The notes: generated from the letters alone by a model not told the origin. A stretch of 64,000 nucleotides of DNA from an uncultured bacterium (GCA_905215555.1 CAJMQU010000021.1:7846-71845), one strand, 5' to 3'. Positions 10,110 through 20,541 are shown, numbered from the stretch's first letter. Made by a program: numbers and translations.

Positions 10110-10796
10110 TTATAACATCTCTGGTGCCGTAACACTTGCCACAACACTACCGTCGAAAAGATGCACGGTGCGGTGGGCGAAACTTGCATCATGTTGTGAG
10201 TGCGTCACCATGATGATAGTGGTTCCTTCCCGGTTCAGTTCCGTCAGCAGATTCATCACTTCCGCACCATTCTTGGAGTCCAGATTACCGGTCGGCTCAT
10301 CAGCAAGTATCAGCTTCGGATTAGTAACTACCGCACGGGCAATAGCCACACGCTGTTGCTGACCACCGGAAAGCTGTTGGGGAAAATGCTTGGCACGGTG
10401 GCTGATATTCATACGTTTCAAAATATCTTCCACCATCCGGCGACGTTCAGAAGCCTTGATGCCGAGATAAGTCAAAGGTAGTTCCACGTTCTCATATACA
10501 TTCAGTTCATCTATCAGATTAAAGCTCTGAAAGACAAAGCCCAATTTACCCTTACGGACGCGGGTACGTTCCTTTTCCTTCAAATCGCCGACTTCCTGTC
10601 CCAGAAGTTTATATGAGCCTTCCGTCGGATTATCCAGTAGTCCCAAAATATTCAACAGGGTGGATTTTCCACAACCTGACGGTCCCATGATGGCTACAAA
10701 CTCGCCTTCTTTCACTTCGAGGTTCACATGGTTCAACGCTACTGTTTCCACTTCCGTTGTACGGAATACTTTGCTGATGTCATTAATTTCAATCAT
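10110..10796 (-). CDS. ABC transporter ATP-binding protein (LolD/MacB type)
   Basis: Walker A GPSGCGKST, LSGGQQQRVAIARA, ILADEPTGNLD, VTHS. Confidence 0.96.
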   Translation of the reverse strand: MIEINDISKVFRTTEVETVALNHVNLEVKEGEFVAIMGPSGCGKSTLLNILGLLDNPTEGSYKLLGQEVGDLKEKERTRVRKGKLGFVFQSFNLIDELNVYENVELPLTYLGIKASERRRMVEDILKRMNISHRAKHFPQQLSGGQQQRVAIARAVVTNPKLILADEPTGNLDSKNGAEVMNLLTELNREGTTIIMVTHSQHDASFAHRTVHLFDGSVVASVTAPEML

Positions 10797-10838
10797 AATA
10801 CTGTGTAATTATAAGTTATTATACTAATTTTCTTTACT

Positions 10839-13139
10839 TTATTCGCTCTTAATGCTGTTTACCGGATTCTCGTTCGCTATCCTCCAGGAACGCAGAACAA
10901 CACAACCAACAATGATGCCTAATACGCCCAAAGCAATCAATATATAATAGATAACCGGAAATGACGATGTGTCACGAAACTGCTCCCGCCATATATTACC
11001 TATATACCACGCTCCTACCGTACCTATAATAACGGCAGGTATTGAAGTCCAAAGTACATCTCTTGCCAGAAGTGAAAGGACGGATGCGGCATCTGCACCA
11101 TTCACCTTACGAATAGCAATCTCCTTGCTGCGACGTTGCATTTCATCGTTGATATATCCTACCAACCCCATCAGTGTAATGAACAGAATAGTAATAGCTG
11201 CAAGTACTGCCGCATTGCGGAAGTTTGTCACACTGCGCTCCTGCTGACTTATCAACCCTGGATATGATTTAAATACCAGATCATTTTGCGGGAAAATCTC
11301 CCTTACATCTTTATTCAGGTTTTGAAGATTCTCCTCAAACGGTTCTTTCAGCTTCAGCAACACAGTTCCGTTGAAGTTCGGAGCGTACGTGATAAACAAA
11401 GGTTGTACGGGTTCATAAGCCGGATTGGAAGTAGGAAAATCTTTCAAAACTCCTACAATTGTACCCATCACGTTATCTCGCTTCCCTATCTGGCGCCCGA
11501 TGGGATTTTCTTCCATATTCATCATTTCAAGGAATTTCTCATTGACCACGACCTCACCGTCCTTTGTCATATTACGGCCTTCCTTCATTTTCAATCCAAG
11601 GAAAGGAATATAATCTTTATCCATTTGCATCCAGCGTAGGCTGACGTCGTGTCCGGCGGCATTTGTCAACACCTCACCGCTTAGTCCGTCGAGGAAAATA
11701 TTGCTGCCACTCGCCACACTTTCCACATATGGCAGATTAACCAGCATGCTATGTGCATTCTCTGAATTTCCGAAATCGGTCTGCCCCATTACCACCCGCA
11801 TCGGATCGAAACCACGATCCATCGTAGTTACGTAATAGCTTTGTGACAGAACCACTCCCAGCACCCCAAAGATGAATGCCACTCCGCAGAACTGCACAAA
11901 CAGCAAGGGACGTTTCCATCCTTTCTTCCCTTCCGTATAGCGGCGGAATACTTGTGTCACCGGAATACGCGAGAATATATATCCCGGCAACATTCCCCCC
12001 ACTACAAACAGGAAGATGACAACGCAAAGTGATGCCCAGATATTCTCCCATCCGAAGATTCCGGCAAGCGAAACATCAAGTAAGTCTTCCACAGATTCAC
12101 GAAAGTATACCAACAGCAATGCCATGCATACCAATGAAACCAGCAAAACAATACCCGTCTCCAGAATGAACATGCCAAAGATTGTGTTTCCTCCCGCCCC
12201 GTTGCACTTGTGCACACCGATGGATTTGGCACGTCGCGCCATAGAAGAAATGGATATCAGTACATAATTCAAGGTCACGATGAAAAGAATGGCACCACCC
12301 AATGTAAGCAAAATCCACACCATACGCATAGAACTGACTCCGCCATCTATACGGTAATTCTTGACAGGAGTAAGTTCTATAGCATACTTTACACTGGAAT
12401 CATCACCATAGAAACGCTTCACCAACTCGGGAAGGCGTGCAGTCACCTTATCATGGTCTTCAGCATGGCGCAAACGAATGCAAGACAGATAACCGTCACC
12501 TCCTCTCCATCCCCAATATCCCCACCCATGCTTGGCAGAACTGGCGAGAGACATTACTATCCGTACACCATAGAAGGAGGAATTTTCCGGAAAATCTTCA
12601 AAGACACCTTTCACTGTCATGGGGAGTTGCCTGCTCAAAGTAAGCGTTTGCCCTATCGGATCTTGCTCGGCAAAAGCCTCACGCGCCATACTACGGCTGA
12701 TAAACAATACATCCGGGTTGATCAGTTCATTCGGGTTACCCGTCACCAGCGGAATGCCTATGGTGGAAAAAAAACAGGAGTCGCCGGTCATGGCATGGCA
12801 AGTAAAACGGTTGTTATCACGATACCATCCGCTGTTTCTCCACCACTGCTGTGTAACAGTGGCACTCTCCACTTCTTCGGGAAAGGCATCGGCTATAGCC
12901 CCGGCAACAGGTCCCATCGTAATGTGTGCCTCCATATGCTTGTCACCTATATCCCAAATACTCTTAACTACATATAACCGCTCGTGGTCCTTGTAGCACG
13001 TGTCATAGTTGAACTCAAAAGCCTGACGGGCAAATATAAGTATACTAACCGTGATTCCCAAAGTAAGGGAGATTATCTTTATTAAATTAGAGCCACGACT
13101 ATGCAGCAAAGTTTGAATTACATAATAAAATGACTTCAT
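10839..13139 (-). CDS. MacB/FtsX-type ABC transporter permease (two-lobed)
   Basis: 766 aa paralogue of 7742-10051; RRAKSIGVHKCNGA, RSKEIAIRKVNGA. Confidence 0.92.
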   Translation of the reverse strand: MKSFYYVIQTLLHSRGSNLIKIISLTLGITVSILIFARQAFEFNYDTCYKDHERLYVVKSIWDIGDKHMEAHITMGPVAGAIADAFPEEVESATVTQQWWRNSGWYRDNNRFTCHAMTGDSCFFSTIGIPLVTGNPNELINPDVLFISRSMAREAFAEQDPIGQTLTLSRQLPMTVKGVFEDFPENSSFYGVRIVMSLASSAKHGWGYWGWRGGDGYLSCIRLRHAEDHDKVTARLPELVKRFYGDDSSVKYAIELTPVKNYRIDGGVSSMRMVWILLTLGGAILFIVTLNYVLISISSMARRAKSIGVHKCNGAGGNTIFGMFILETGIVLLVSLVCMALLLVYFRESVEDLLDVSLAGIFGWENIWASLCVVIFLFVVGGMLPGYIFSRIPVTQVFRRYTEGKKGWKRPLLFVQFCGVAFIFGVLGVVLSQSYYVTTMDRGFDPMRVVMGQTDFGNSENAHSMLVNLPYVESVASGSNIFLDGLSGEVLTNAAGHDVSLRWMQMDKDYIPFLGLKMKEGRNMTKDGEVVVNEKFLEMMNMEENPIGRQIGKRDNVMGTIVGVLKDFPTSNPAYEPVQPLFITYAPNFNGTVLLKLKEPFEENLQNLNKDVREIFPQNDLVFKSYPGLISQQERSVTNFRNAAVLAAITILFITLMGLVGYINDEMQRRSKEIAIRKVNGADAASVLSLLARDVLWTSIPAVIIGTVGAWYIGNIWREQFRDTSSFPVIYYILIALGVLGIIVGCVVLRSWRIANENPVNSIKSE

Positions 13140-13177
13140 AGGGCATATATAAGATTAAGTAATTTCTACCTTTAATA

Positions 13178-13195
13178 TTGCAGAAAGCGTGCCAA
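13178..13195 (-). promoter_or_regulatory. Sigma54 (-24/-12) promoter for the ABC cluster
   Basis: Minus strand TTGGCACGCTTTCTGCAA vs consensus TGGCACG-N4-TTGCW (1 mismatch), 39 bp before ATG. Confidence 0.7.
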
Positions 13196-13247
13196 ACCTT
13201 AAAATCCATTTATTACCAAGAATTTACCTTTTCACACACATTCCTTC

Positions 13248-13287
13248 AGTGTCTAATTATTAGACACTTCCGTCCAAGAATTAGACA
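13248..13287. promoter_or_regulatory. Tandem palindromic enhancer-like sites (probable sigma54 activator binding)
   Basis: Perfect palindrome AGTGTCTAAT-T-ATTAGACACT (13248-13268) and second CGTC-N9-GACA site 21 bp later (13271-13287). Confidence 0.6.
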
Positions 13288-13408
13288 GCTTATGAAAAAA
13301 GTACGGTACTAAGAGAACAGAAAAAAGGAAAATAAGACAAGCGTTTATCAAAATGAAAACTCTATCTTTGCCCACAGTTTTCTAACAGAAACTAATAATA
13401 TAAATGTC

Positions 13409-14221
13409 ATGCACATGAAGCTATCTAAACTCCTATTCATCCCGCTTTTAGGCCTGTATATGAGCGGTTGCGATATGATAGATTATCACCCCTATGACAC
13501 GCGCATCAGCGGTCAGACGGATATCAACAATTATAATATCGAGAAAATAGAGGCCAATTGTAAGAATAAGACCACTATCCGTTTTGTCACCATGGGCGAC
13601 TCGCAACGATGGTATGATGAGACTGTAGATTTTGTCAATCACCTTAATAAACGAAATGATATCGACTTTGTCATCCATGGCGGAGATTTCAGTGACTTCG
13701 GAGTTACTGATGAATTCCTGTGGCAGCGTGATATCATGAACAAACTGAAGGTTCCCTACGTCGGTCTGATCGGTAATCACGACTGCATCGGTACAGGTAA
13801 AGAAACGTTTCGTGCCATTTTTGGCGAACCGAATTTCTCTTTCATTGCCGGACGCATCAAGTTTGTATGCCTGAATACCAATGCCCTCGAATATGATTAC
13901 TCGCGTCCCATTCCGGACTTTAACTTCATCTCCAGCCAACTTGAAGACCGCCGTAATGAGTACGACCGTACCATATTCTCCATGCACATCCGTCCTTTCT
14001 GTTTCGAGTTTAACAACAACGTGGCCGATGTTTTCCAATATGCCATCAAACAATATCCCGGCCTATTGTTCTGTACCGCTGCCCACGAACATCGTTTGTT
14101 CGAAAAGGATCTCTTCGAAGACGGCTTGATGTACTACATGAGCGACTGCATGAAGCACCGCTGCTATTATATATTTACTATAACCCCTGACGGATATGAA
14201 CGCGAAGTGGCCTATTATTAA
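13409..14221 (+). CDS. Calcineurin-like metallophosphoesterase, probable lipoprotein
   Basis: GDSQ, GGDFSD, GNHD, AHEH motifs; lipobox-like MSGC; TATCTTTG promoter motif at 13363. Confidence 0.88.
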   Translation: MHMKLSKLLFIPLLGLYMSGCDMIDYHPYDTRISGQTDINNYNIEKIEANCKNKTTIRFVTMGDSQRWYDETVDFVNHLNKRNDIDFVIHGGDFSDFGVTDEFLWQRDIMNKLKVPYVGLIGNHDCIGTGKETFRAIFGEPNFSFIAGRIKFVCLNTNALEYDYSRPIPDFNFISSQLEDRRNEYDRTIFSMHIRPFCFEFNNNVADVFQYAIKQYPGLLFCTAAHEHRLFEKDLFEDGLMYYMSDCMKHRCYYIFTITPDGYEREVAYY

Positions 14222-14966
14222 AATATTGATGTGTTTCCAGTTTATCTGTTCATCCGCAAGCCATGCTCAAGAAGTGAAGACCATTACCATAGAGCCGCGA
14301 CAGGTGTTCAGAGATACCATCATCATCACGAGATATGACACCGTATGGATGGAAAAAGAAAAGGTGAAGATAGACAGTGCTGATATCAGTCATAAGCATC
14401 CCAGCCGTTACGACAGACGTGTGCATCGCTACAGAAAACATTGGGAAAGCCTGATTCCGACGCATACAAAGTTGCAATTTGCCGGTAATATGGGATTGAT
14501 TTCTTTGGGTACGGGATGGGATTACGGTAAGCGTAATCAATGGGAAACGGACGTATTCTTTGGTGTTCTGCCTAAATATCAGTCCAGACGAACCAAAATC
14601 ACCATGACTTTGAAACAGAATTATATGCCTTGGAGCATTGCTCTTGGAAAAGAATTCTCCGTAGAGCCCCTCGCTTGTGGCATGTATCTCAATACCGTAT
14701 TCGGGAATGAATTCTGGACAAACGAACCTGAACGCTACCCGAAAGGTTATTATGGCTTCTCGTCCAAAATGCGCATCCACATCTTTCTCGGACAACGGCT
14801 GACGTACGACATTCCTCCACGCTGGCGTCTGGGAGCAAGGGCCATTACTTTTTTCTATGAGATAAGTACGTGTGATCTGTACGTGGTAAGTGCATTCACT
14901 AATCAATACTTGAAACCAAAAGATTACCTCAGTTTGTCATTCGGCTTGAAGACACAGTTATTCTAA
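14196..14966 (+). CDS. Hypothetical exported protein, probable outer-membrane beta-barrel
   Basis: Signal peptide; alternating beta-strand pattern; C-terminal LSFGLKTQLF; overlaps the phosphoesterase stop. Confidence 0.65.
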   Translation: MNAKWPIIKILMCFQFICSSASHAQEVKTITIEPRQVFRDTIIITRYDTVWMEKEKVKIDSADISHKHPSRYDRRVHRYRKHWESLIPTHTKLQFAGNMGLISLGTGWDYGKRNQWETDVFFGVLPKYQSRRTKITMTLKQNYMPWSIALGKEFSVEPLACGMYLNTVFGNEFWTNEPERYPKGYYGFSSKMRIHIFLGQRLTYDIPPRWRLGARAITFFYEISTCDLYVVSAFTNQYLKPKDYLSLSFGLKTQLF

Positions 14967-15041
14967 GCATGTTTTAGACACAAAGTCATGTCTGCATCAC
15001 GCGGACATGACCTCAAGAGAATTTATGGAATTGAATACGTG

Positions 15042-15224
15042 TTATACGAACTCTTCGACCATATACATGTCGCTGACAAAGTCATCGACAATGTCACTAA
15101 GGTTCTCGCAGGCTTCATCGGGCGTTTCACCGTAAGCGCTACACATGATATTACTTTTCAGATAGGCGTAATATCCGCCATCATCAGTTGCCTCAATAGC
15201 ATAGTCATTTCTATTCAGTTTCAT
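15042..15224 (-). CDS. Small acidic HicB-like protein (60 aa)
   Basis: DDGGYYAY...CSAYGETPDEACENL resembles the HicB partial RNase H fold; ATG 15224 preceded by AAAGGAG. Confidence 0.65.
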   Translation of the reverse strand: MKLNRNDYAIEATDDGGYYAYLKSNIMCSAYGETPDEACENLSDIVDDFVSDMYMVEEFV

Positions 15225-15323
15225 ATCAAGCTCCTTTCTATTTAGTACGTTGCAAAGATGGGAAACCGGTGTTACGGAGGCGTGTAGACAGTATGACAAA
15301 ACTGTAAAAATCAGAACCATTAC

Positions 15324-15364
15324 AAAAAAGGGCTGCATCTCCTTATACGAAGTGCAGCCCTTTT
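15324..15364 (-). terminator. Intrinsic terminator after proS
   Basis: AAAAGGGCTGCA...TGCAGCCCTTTT stem with A/T tracts on both sides. Confidence 0.75.
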
Positions 15365-15408
15365 GCTTTTTGCCACCTTGTCAACTGAAGCCAGTCGACT
15401 AGTCAATA

Positions 15409-16902
15409 TTAATATGAACGGGCAAACAATGCACGGCAAGCCGACGGTTTACCTGTTACCATACAAACACCCGGTTCTTTATCATCATCCAGAAAGGTTT
15501 CGAAGGGAATACAACGGATGGTAGCCTTAGTATCTTCCTTGATTTTCTCTTCCGTCTCAGTCGTACCATCCCAGTGAGCCAGAATAAAGCCCCCTTCTTC
15601 AATCTTCTTCTTAAACTCATCATAGCTATCCGCTTTCGTAATGCGAGAGTTACGATAGTTAAGAGCTTTCTGGTAGATATTAGCTTGAATCTCTTCCAGC
15701 AAATCTTTTACATATTCTTCAATGCCATCGCAAGAACGGGTTTCTTTTTCCAGCGTGTCGCGGCGCATTACTTCCATTGTATTGTTTTCCAGGTCACGGC
15801 CCCCCATTACCAAACGAACAGGCACACCCTTCAATTCATAATCAGCAAACTTGAAGCCCGGACGTTTGTTGTCCGCATTATCATACTTGACAGAAATGCC
15901 CATGGATTTCAGTTTTGCAACAATACCTGCAATCTTTTCGTCAATTTTCTGCAGCATCTCCGCATTCTTGTAGATAGGAACGATGACAACCTGTATCGGA
16001 GCCAAATGTGGCGGCAACACCAGCCCGTTGTCATCAGAGTGGGTCATGATAAGTGCCCCCATCAAACGGGTAGATACGCCCCATGACGTAGCCCAAACAT
16101 ATTCCAGCTTATTTTCTTTATTCACGAACTGTACATCGAATGCCTTGGCGAAGTTCTGTCCGAGGAAGTGAGATGTACCACTTTGCAAAGCTTTTCCATC
16201 CTGCATCATAGCCTCGATGGTGTAAGTATCCAGTGCACCGGCAAAACGTTCGTTAGCAGATTTCACACCTTTCACCACAGGAACAGCCATATATTTCTCT
16301 GCAAATTCAGCGTATACATTCAGCATACGTACTGCTTCTTCTTCAGCTTCTTCACGGGTAGCATGTGCTGTGTGTCCTTCTTGCCACAGGAACTCGGCTG
16401 TACGCAGGAAGAGGCGGGTACGCATTTCCCAACGCATTACGTTAGCCCACTGGTTGCACAGAATAGGCAGGTCACGATAAGAATTAATCCAATTCTTATA
16501 AGTATTCCAAATGATGGTTTCGGAAGTAGGACGGATGATTAACTCTTCTTCCAGCTTGGCTTCCGGGTCCACAATTACACCGCTACCGTCAGGAGCATTC
16601 TTCAGGCGGTGATGGGTAACGACTGCACACTCTTTTGCAAAACCTTCCACATGTTCCGCTTCACGGCTGAGGAAAGACTTCGGAATCAACAGAGGAAAAT
16701 AAGCATTCACATGTCCCGTTTCCTTAAACATATCGTCAAGCTGACGCTGTATCTTCTCCCAAATTGCGTATCCGTAAGGTTTAATCACCATACAACCACG
16801 CACAGCCGACTGCTCTGCCAAATCGGCCTTTAGCACCAATTCATTATACCACTGCGAATAATTCTCGCTGCGTTTGGTCAGATCTTTTAATTCTACTGCC
16901 AT
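15409..16902 (-). CDS. proS: Proline--tRNA ligase (archaeal/eukaryotic type)
   Basis: [40 protein letters not shown]-terminal ALFARSY. Confidence 0.97.
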   Translation of the reverse strand: MAVELKDLTKRSENYSQWYNELVLKADLAEQSAVRGCMVIKPYGYAIWEKIQRQLDDMFKETGHVNAYFPLLIPKSFLSREAEHVEGFAKECAVVTHHRLKNAPDGSGVIVDPEAKLEEELIIRPTSETIIWNTYKNWINSYRDLPILCNQWANVMRWEMRTRLFLRTAEFLWQEGHTAHATREEAEEEAVRMLNVYAEFAEKYMAVPVVKGVKSANERFAGALDTYTIEAMMQDGKALQSGTSHFLGQNFAKAFDVQFVNKENKLEYVWATSWGVSTRLMGALIMTHSDDNGLVLPPHLAPIQVVIVPIYKNAEMLQKIDEKIAGIVAKLKSMGISVKYDNADNKRPGFKFADYELKGVPVRLVMGGRDLENNTMEVMRRDTLEKETRSCDGIEEYVKDLLEEIQANIYQKALNYRNSRITKADSYDEFKKKIEEGGFILAHWDGTTETEEKIKEDTKATIRCIPFETFLDDDKEPGVCMVTGKPSACRALFARSY

Positions 16903-17011
16903 TTTATTTCGTTTTTTAAAGTTTTTCGGATATATCTACTAAACAGTCGGCAAAATTACAAAATTTTGTGTGAAAAGTGCGCCTAATAAGCACACTATTT
17001 AAAAAACACGA

Positions 17012-18136
17012 CTATATGATGATATGTGGCACGAACTCCGACATATTGTCCGTTATCTCCATGCGGTTTTCACGAATCCCCACACCGGCAGGTTCCCCTC
17101 CTATTACCCATGAACCGATAACCGGGTAACGTCCTCCATAAGGCGTGGGAGCCACATATTCCTGATAAACGTAAGCACCTGTATTATAATCTCCTTCCGT
17201 TTCGGCAATACGTGTCCGTTCTTCCCAATTCCGTATTTCCTGAACGCTTACATTGTGTCCTTCGCGCGAAAAGACCGGTTTCTTGCAGAAAACTCCCGAT
17301 TGCGGACGCGACATATAACAGGGAAGTACATAAGGAGAAGTGGGAAACAGGTCGGACAATATGCAAAGAATAGCCTTGTTCGACATAACAAGCTTCCAAA
17401 TCGGTTCCAGCCACTTCACATCTGCCAGACAACCATCAGGACTTTCATCCGCCATCCATTCCCAAGGATAGAGTTTGAAGCAGCGTTTCACTGGCTCACC
17501 AGCCGGGTCGAAGAAATGTCCGTCCTGCAGATTAAGGGCGTTCATATCCAATACGCGAGTGGAGAATCCGGCTTCCATCGCTGTGCTTGCCAGATATTGC
17601 AGAGTACCGGTATCTTCATTATTTTCCAGCGCACCGGCAAAGTGAATATCTCCTCCTTCCGGAAAAATATCTTTCCACGATTGCACCAGTCCTTCATGAA
17701 TGCCGTTATACTGATCATAATCGGGAAACACGTCTTCTTTCCACTGCCATTGAATGATAGCGGCTTCCAGTAGTGAAGTAGGTGTATCGGCATTAAATTC
17801 CAGGATTTTGGGAGTGCCATCTTTTGCCAGCATAAAGTCGAAGCGTCCGTATAAACTCAGTTCATCCGCGTCCCACGATTCGTGAATGCGTTCGCATACT
17901 TCTTCCGGAATATTCAGGATCTGTTCCATAAATCCCGATTTGTATTCAAGGATATGCTGAACTGCTTCACAATACATGCGATAGGCCTCCCAGGTAGCTT
18001 CTTCCAAACGGTTTATCTCACCGGTTGTGAAGCAATAGTATGCTTCTTCACGCCAATAATCACCATGAAAATCAAATCCCAACGCCTCTATTTTCTCTTT
18101 ATAATCAAGGCGCGGAATAACAGGTATTCTTTTCAT
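17012..18136 (-). CDS. Glutathionylspermidine synthase-like ATP-grasp protein (YgiC/YjfC type)
   Basis: LYGRFDF, LEFNADTPTSLLEAA, FKLYPWEWM, KPVFSREG, GIRE...FVPH. Confidence 0.92.
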   Translation of the reverse strand: MKRIPVIPRLDYKEKIEALGFDFHGDYWREEAYYCFTTGEINRLEEATWEAYRMYCEAVQHILEYKSGFMEQILNIPEEVCERIHESWDADELSLYGRFDFMLAKDGTPKILEFNADTPTSLLEAAIIQWQWKEDVFPDYDQYNGIHEGLVQSWKDIFPEGGDIHFAGALENNEDTGTLQYLASTAMEAGFSTRVLDMNALNLQDGHFFDPAGEPVKRCFKLYPWEWMADESPDGCLADVKWLEPIWKLVMSNKAILCILSDLFPTSPYVLPCYMSRPQSGVFCKKPVFSREGHNVSVQEIRNWEERTRIAETEGDYNTGAYVYQEYVAPTPYGGRYPVIGSWVIGGEPAGVGIRENRMEITDNMSEFVPHIII

Positions 18137-18148
18137 CTACACAACTTG

Positions 18149-18493
18149 TTAACTATGAACCCCGGATGAACGGCGTGTTTTTCCGAATACGCTTCCGCTT
18201 GACTTCGATTTCGGAGACTTTACGTTTACTTTAGAAGGAGGATTTACACGTGCACCGTTCGCATCCGTCCAATTGCCCGATTGCGGATAGTAATAGTGTG
18301 TAGTAGCGAGTCCGTTAGATATCGATGGCATCAATGCCCAACGCATCAACATAGCATTGTATATCCAGCTATTCCCATGATTATCACGGTATTCTTCCTT
18401 GTCTTTCGGTTTATCCGGCAGCTCAGTTTTTTGTGTACATCCGGCAAGTGACATCAGGCAAATCGCTGCCGCAAAAAATTGTCGTTTATTCAT
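18149..18493 (-). CDS. Small lipoprotein with Ser/Gly/basic tail (YgiB-like by position)
   Basis: Lipobox LAGC; tail SKSSGSVFGKTRRSSGVHS; 12 bp from the ATP-grasp gene; TACTTTTG motif at 18523-18530. Confidence 0.75.
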   Translation of the reverse strand: MNKRQFFAAAICLMSLAGCTQKTELPDKPKDKEEYRDNHGNSWIYNAMLMRWALMPSISNGLATTHYYYPQSGNWTDANGARVNPPSKVNVKSPKSKSSGSVFGKTRRSSGVHS

Positions 18494-18595
18494 TATCTGA
18501 TTATTTCTTGTTTTTGAAGTGGCAAAAGTATATAAAAAGAGAGAATTAATACAGATATTCGCAAGATAATAATTCTTTTATCACACTTAATCATT

Positions 18596-19684
18596 CTAAT
18601 TCTTTCTAAACTCCTTTCTCATTTTTTCCAAAGCCTCCTTATTTAGATTCTGTTCATTGGGTATGGAAAGATCCAAATTTTGGAAAGGAATACACTTTTT
18701 CTTCTTTCCATCATTAATAATCAGCTTTCTATCATAATAAAAATCTTTAGAATTATATTCCATTTCATAAACTTTCAGATTTTTCCTATCCATACTATAG
18801 ATTCCAGTACTTTCATCATATAATATACTAGGAACAACCAACAAGCACTTATTCAAAATTACAAATTCTCCAGTTTCTGGATTAATCAAATTTCTATAAA
18901 ATGGAAAACACCCATTATTATCTATATAACTAACTAAACTATCAAGGTTACTAACATCAACTATACCAATGGCAATACTTGAATGGTATGACTTTGATAT
19001 GTTTTTGTATGAATAAAACAAGTCAATCGAAAAATAATCTCTAACAACGGTCTCCCCCCATCTTTCTTCTTTCATATTATCAATCCGCTGTGCATTTATT
19101 GTAAACTCTTCATAAACGTCAAATTGAGTCTGCGAATTGAAGTTAGGTATAACATATCTTATGACTGCATCATCATCTTTCAGAAAAGTATACCTTTCAA
19201 CCTCTAAAATCTCCATATTTTCTATAAAACGTGGCTTTTCATACTTTTTCTGAGTGGTTTTCTTCAATATCGCATTCAGGTCATCTAATACGGGCGTATT
19301 TGTGATTTGCTCTAAATGTGTTATTACATCACTATAAAAATACTCTACATTATTAGATTGATTATTCCGGTAAGTTAATGGAAGTATGCCTGTAAAATCA
19401 GAACTTTTCACTTCCGATGTCGGATAAAGATATATCAAAGAAAGGTTAGCATCATCCTTTATTTCAAAATCACCGATATATACTTTAATACTCTTTTTAT
19501 CTTTTATCAAAGTATAACCAAAAGGAATGGCAGCAACAACAATCGTTACGATAATACTAATAACAGTCAACGTATTATTACGACGCAATGCTCTTCTTAT
19601 ACGTTTTAACAGACCTTTGATACCTTTTTCGGGTTCTTTTTTAGCACGCCTCCTGGATGCTCTAGTCGTTTTCTTCTGCCTCAT
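18596..19684 (-). CDS. AT-rich hypothetical single-pass membrane protein
   Basis: Long ORF in AT-rich DNA; basic N-terminus then TM helix (TVISIIVTIVVAAIPFGY); start at MRQKK is preferred but uncertain. Confidence 0.7.
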   Translation of the reverse strand: MRQKKTTRASRRRAKKEPEKGIKGLLKRIRRALRRNNTLTVISIIVTIVVAAIPFGYTLIKDKKSIKVYIGDFEIKDDANLSLIYLYPTSEVKSSDFTGILPLTYRNNQSNNVEYFYSDVITHLEQITNTPVLDDLNAILKKTTQKKYEKPRFIENMEILEVERYTFLKDDDAVIRYVIPNFNSQTQFDVYEEFTINAQRIDNMKEERWGETVVRDYFSIDLFYSYKNISKSYHSSIAIGIVDVSNLDSLVSYIDNNGCFPFYRNLINPETGEFVILNKCLLVVPSILYDESTGIYSMDRKNLKVYEMEYNSKDFYYDRKLIINDGKKKKCIPFQNLDLSIPNEQNLNKEALEKMRKEFRKN

Positions 19685-19767
19685 AATATTATACTTAGTA
19701 TTAACAATCAATCTAATACTTCTATTTTTATAGATTCCGAAAATTAAACTGAATAAATAAAATATCC

Positions 19768-19835
19768 TATCAGAAAATCGCAAAATATGAAAGAGCGTTT
19801 CTCATGCGGTCATTTATACTTTGCGATTTCTGATA
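19768..19835. other. Imperfect stem-loop between the two islet genes
   Basis: TATCAGAAAATCGCAAA ... TTTGCGATTTCTGATA. Confidence 0.6.
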
Positions 19836-19892
19836 AATTAAAACTGTTACTTTCAACCTAATAAGATTCATATCCAGATGTTAAGTTGAGAA

Positions 19893-20177
19893 TTAAGCGA
19901 TATGCCAATATATTGAATCACGAAGATCATCAGCATTATCATACTCCGGTGCGCTTCCATGTTCTATTATTACACTGGCACATACAGCTACTGCAGTTAA
20001 AAACGGTTCATTTAATGAAGATGCCATTTGAGCTAATGTAGCTCCAACCTGGGATTGGGATGTACTAGTTGCAGCATCTATGAGCGCCTTACCTATATAG
20101 GTTTTGCTACCAATAGCTTCCCCTAAGTTTTCTCCTATGAATCCTCCAATACCTAAAAGAAAATCATCTTTGCTCAT
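19893..20177 (-). CDS. AT-rich hypothetical protein (94 aa, Gly/Ala-rich)
   Basis: ATG-initiated ORF with AT-rich leader; GxxxG-like N-terminus. Confidence 0.55.
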   Translation of the reverse strand: MSKDDFLLGIGGFIGENLGEAIGSKTYIGKALIDAATSTSQSQVGATLAQMASSLNEPFLTAVAVCASVIIEHGSAPEYDNADDLRDSIYWHIA

Positions 20178-20344
20178 ACTATATAATCTTTCAAATTAAA
20201 CAGATGCACAAATATATAAATTGTATGATATATATGCAAAAAAGGAATAAACTATTTGCATGATTTTTTCAACAATCATTCTCTTGTAATATAGTTACTA
20301 TTTTCTTTAGCCAAAGACACAACCGCTTTAAAAAAACTCTAGAA

Positions 20345-20432
20345 AGTTGAGACACTAGAATGACTTTTATGGTTACAGAGAACCATCAGCTTTTCACCTC
20401 CGTTTGTCTAACACAATTTTTACTTTCATCAT
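20345..20432 (-). pseudogene. Probable remnant of a tyrosine integrase N-terminal arm-binding domain
   Basis: Reads MMKVKIVLDKRR*KADGS, like Bacteroidetes integrase N-termini (LDxRRxKxDG), in the expected position next to a tRNA 3' end. Confidence 0.5.
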
Positions 20433-20455
20433 AACCACATGTTTTAACGGGCCAA

Positions 20456-20476
20456 ATTTGACCCCAGATTTGACCC
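20456..20476. repeat. Direct repeat ATTTGACCC x2 (integrase arm-type site candidate)
   Basis: Copies at 20456-20464 and 20468-20476, between tRNA and integrase remnant. Confidence 0.55.
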
Positions 20477-20541
20477 AAAATGATGTAGTTTATTGTTCTC
20501 AAATGTGCTTTATTGCATTGAACCAAGCAAGAATCATGCAT

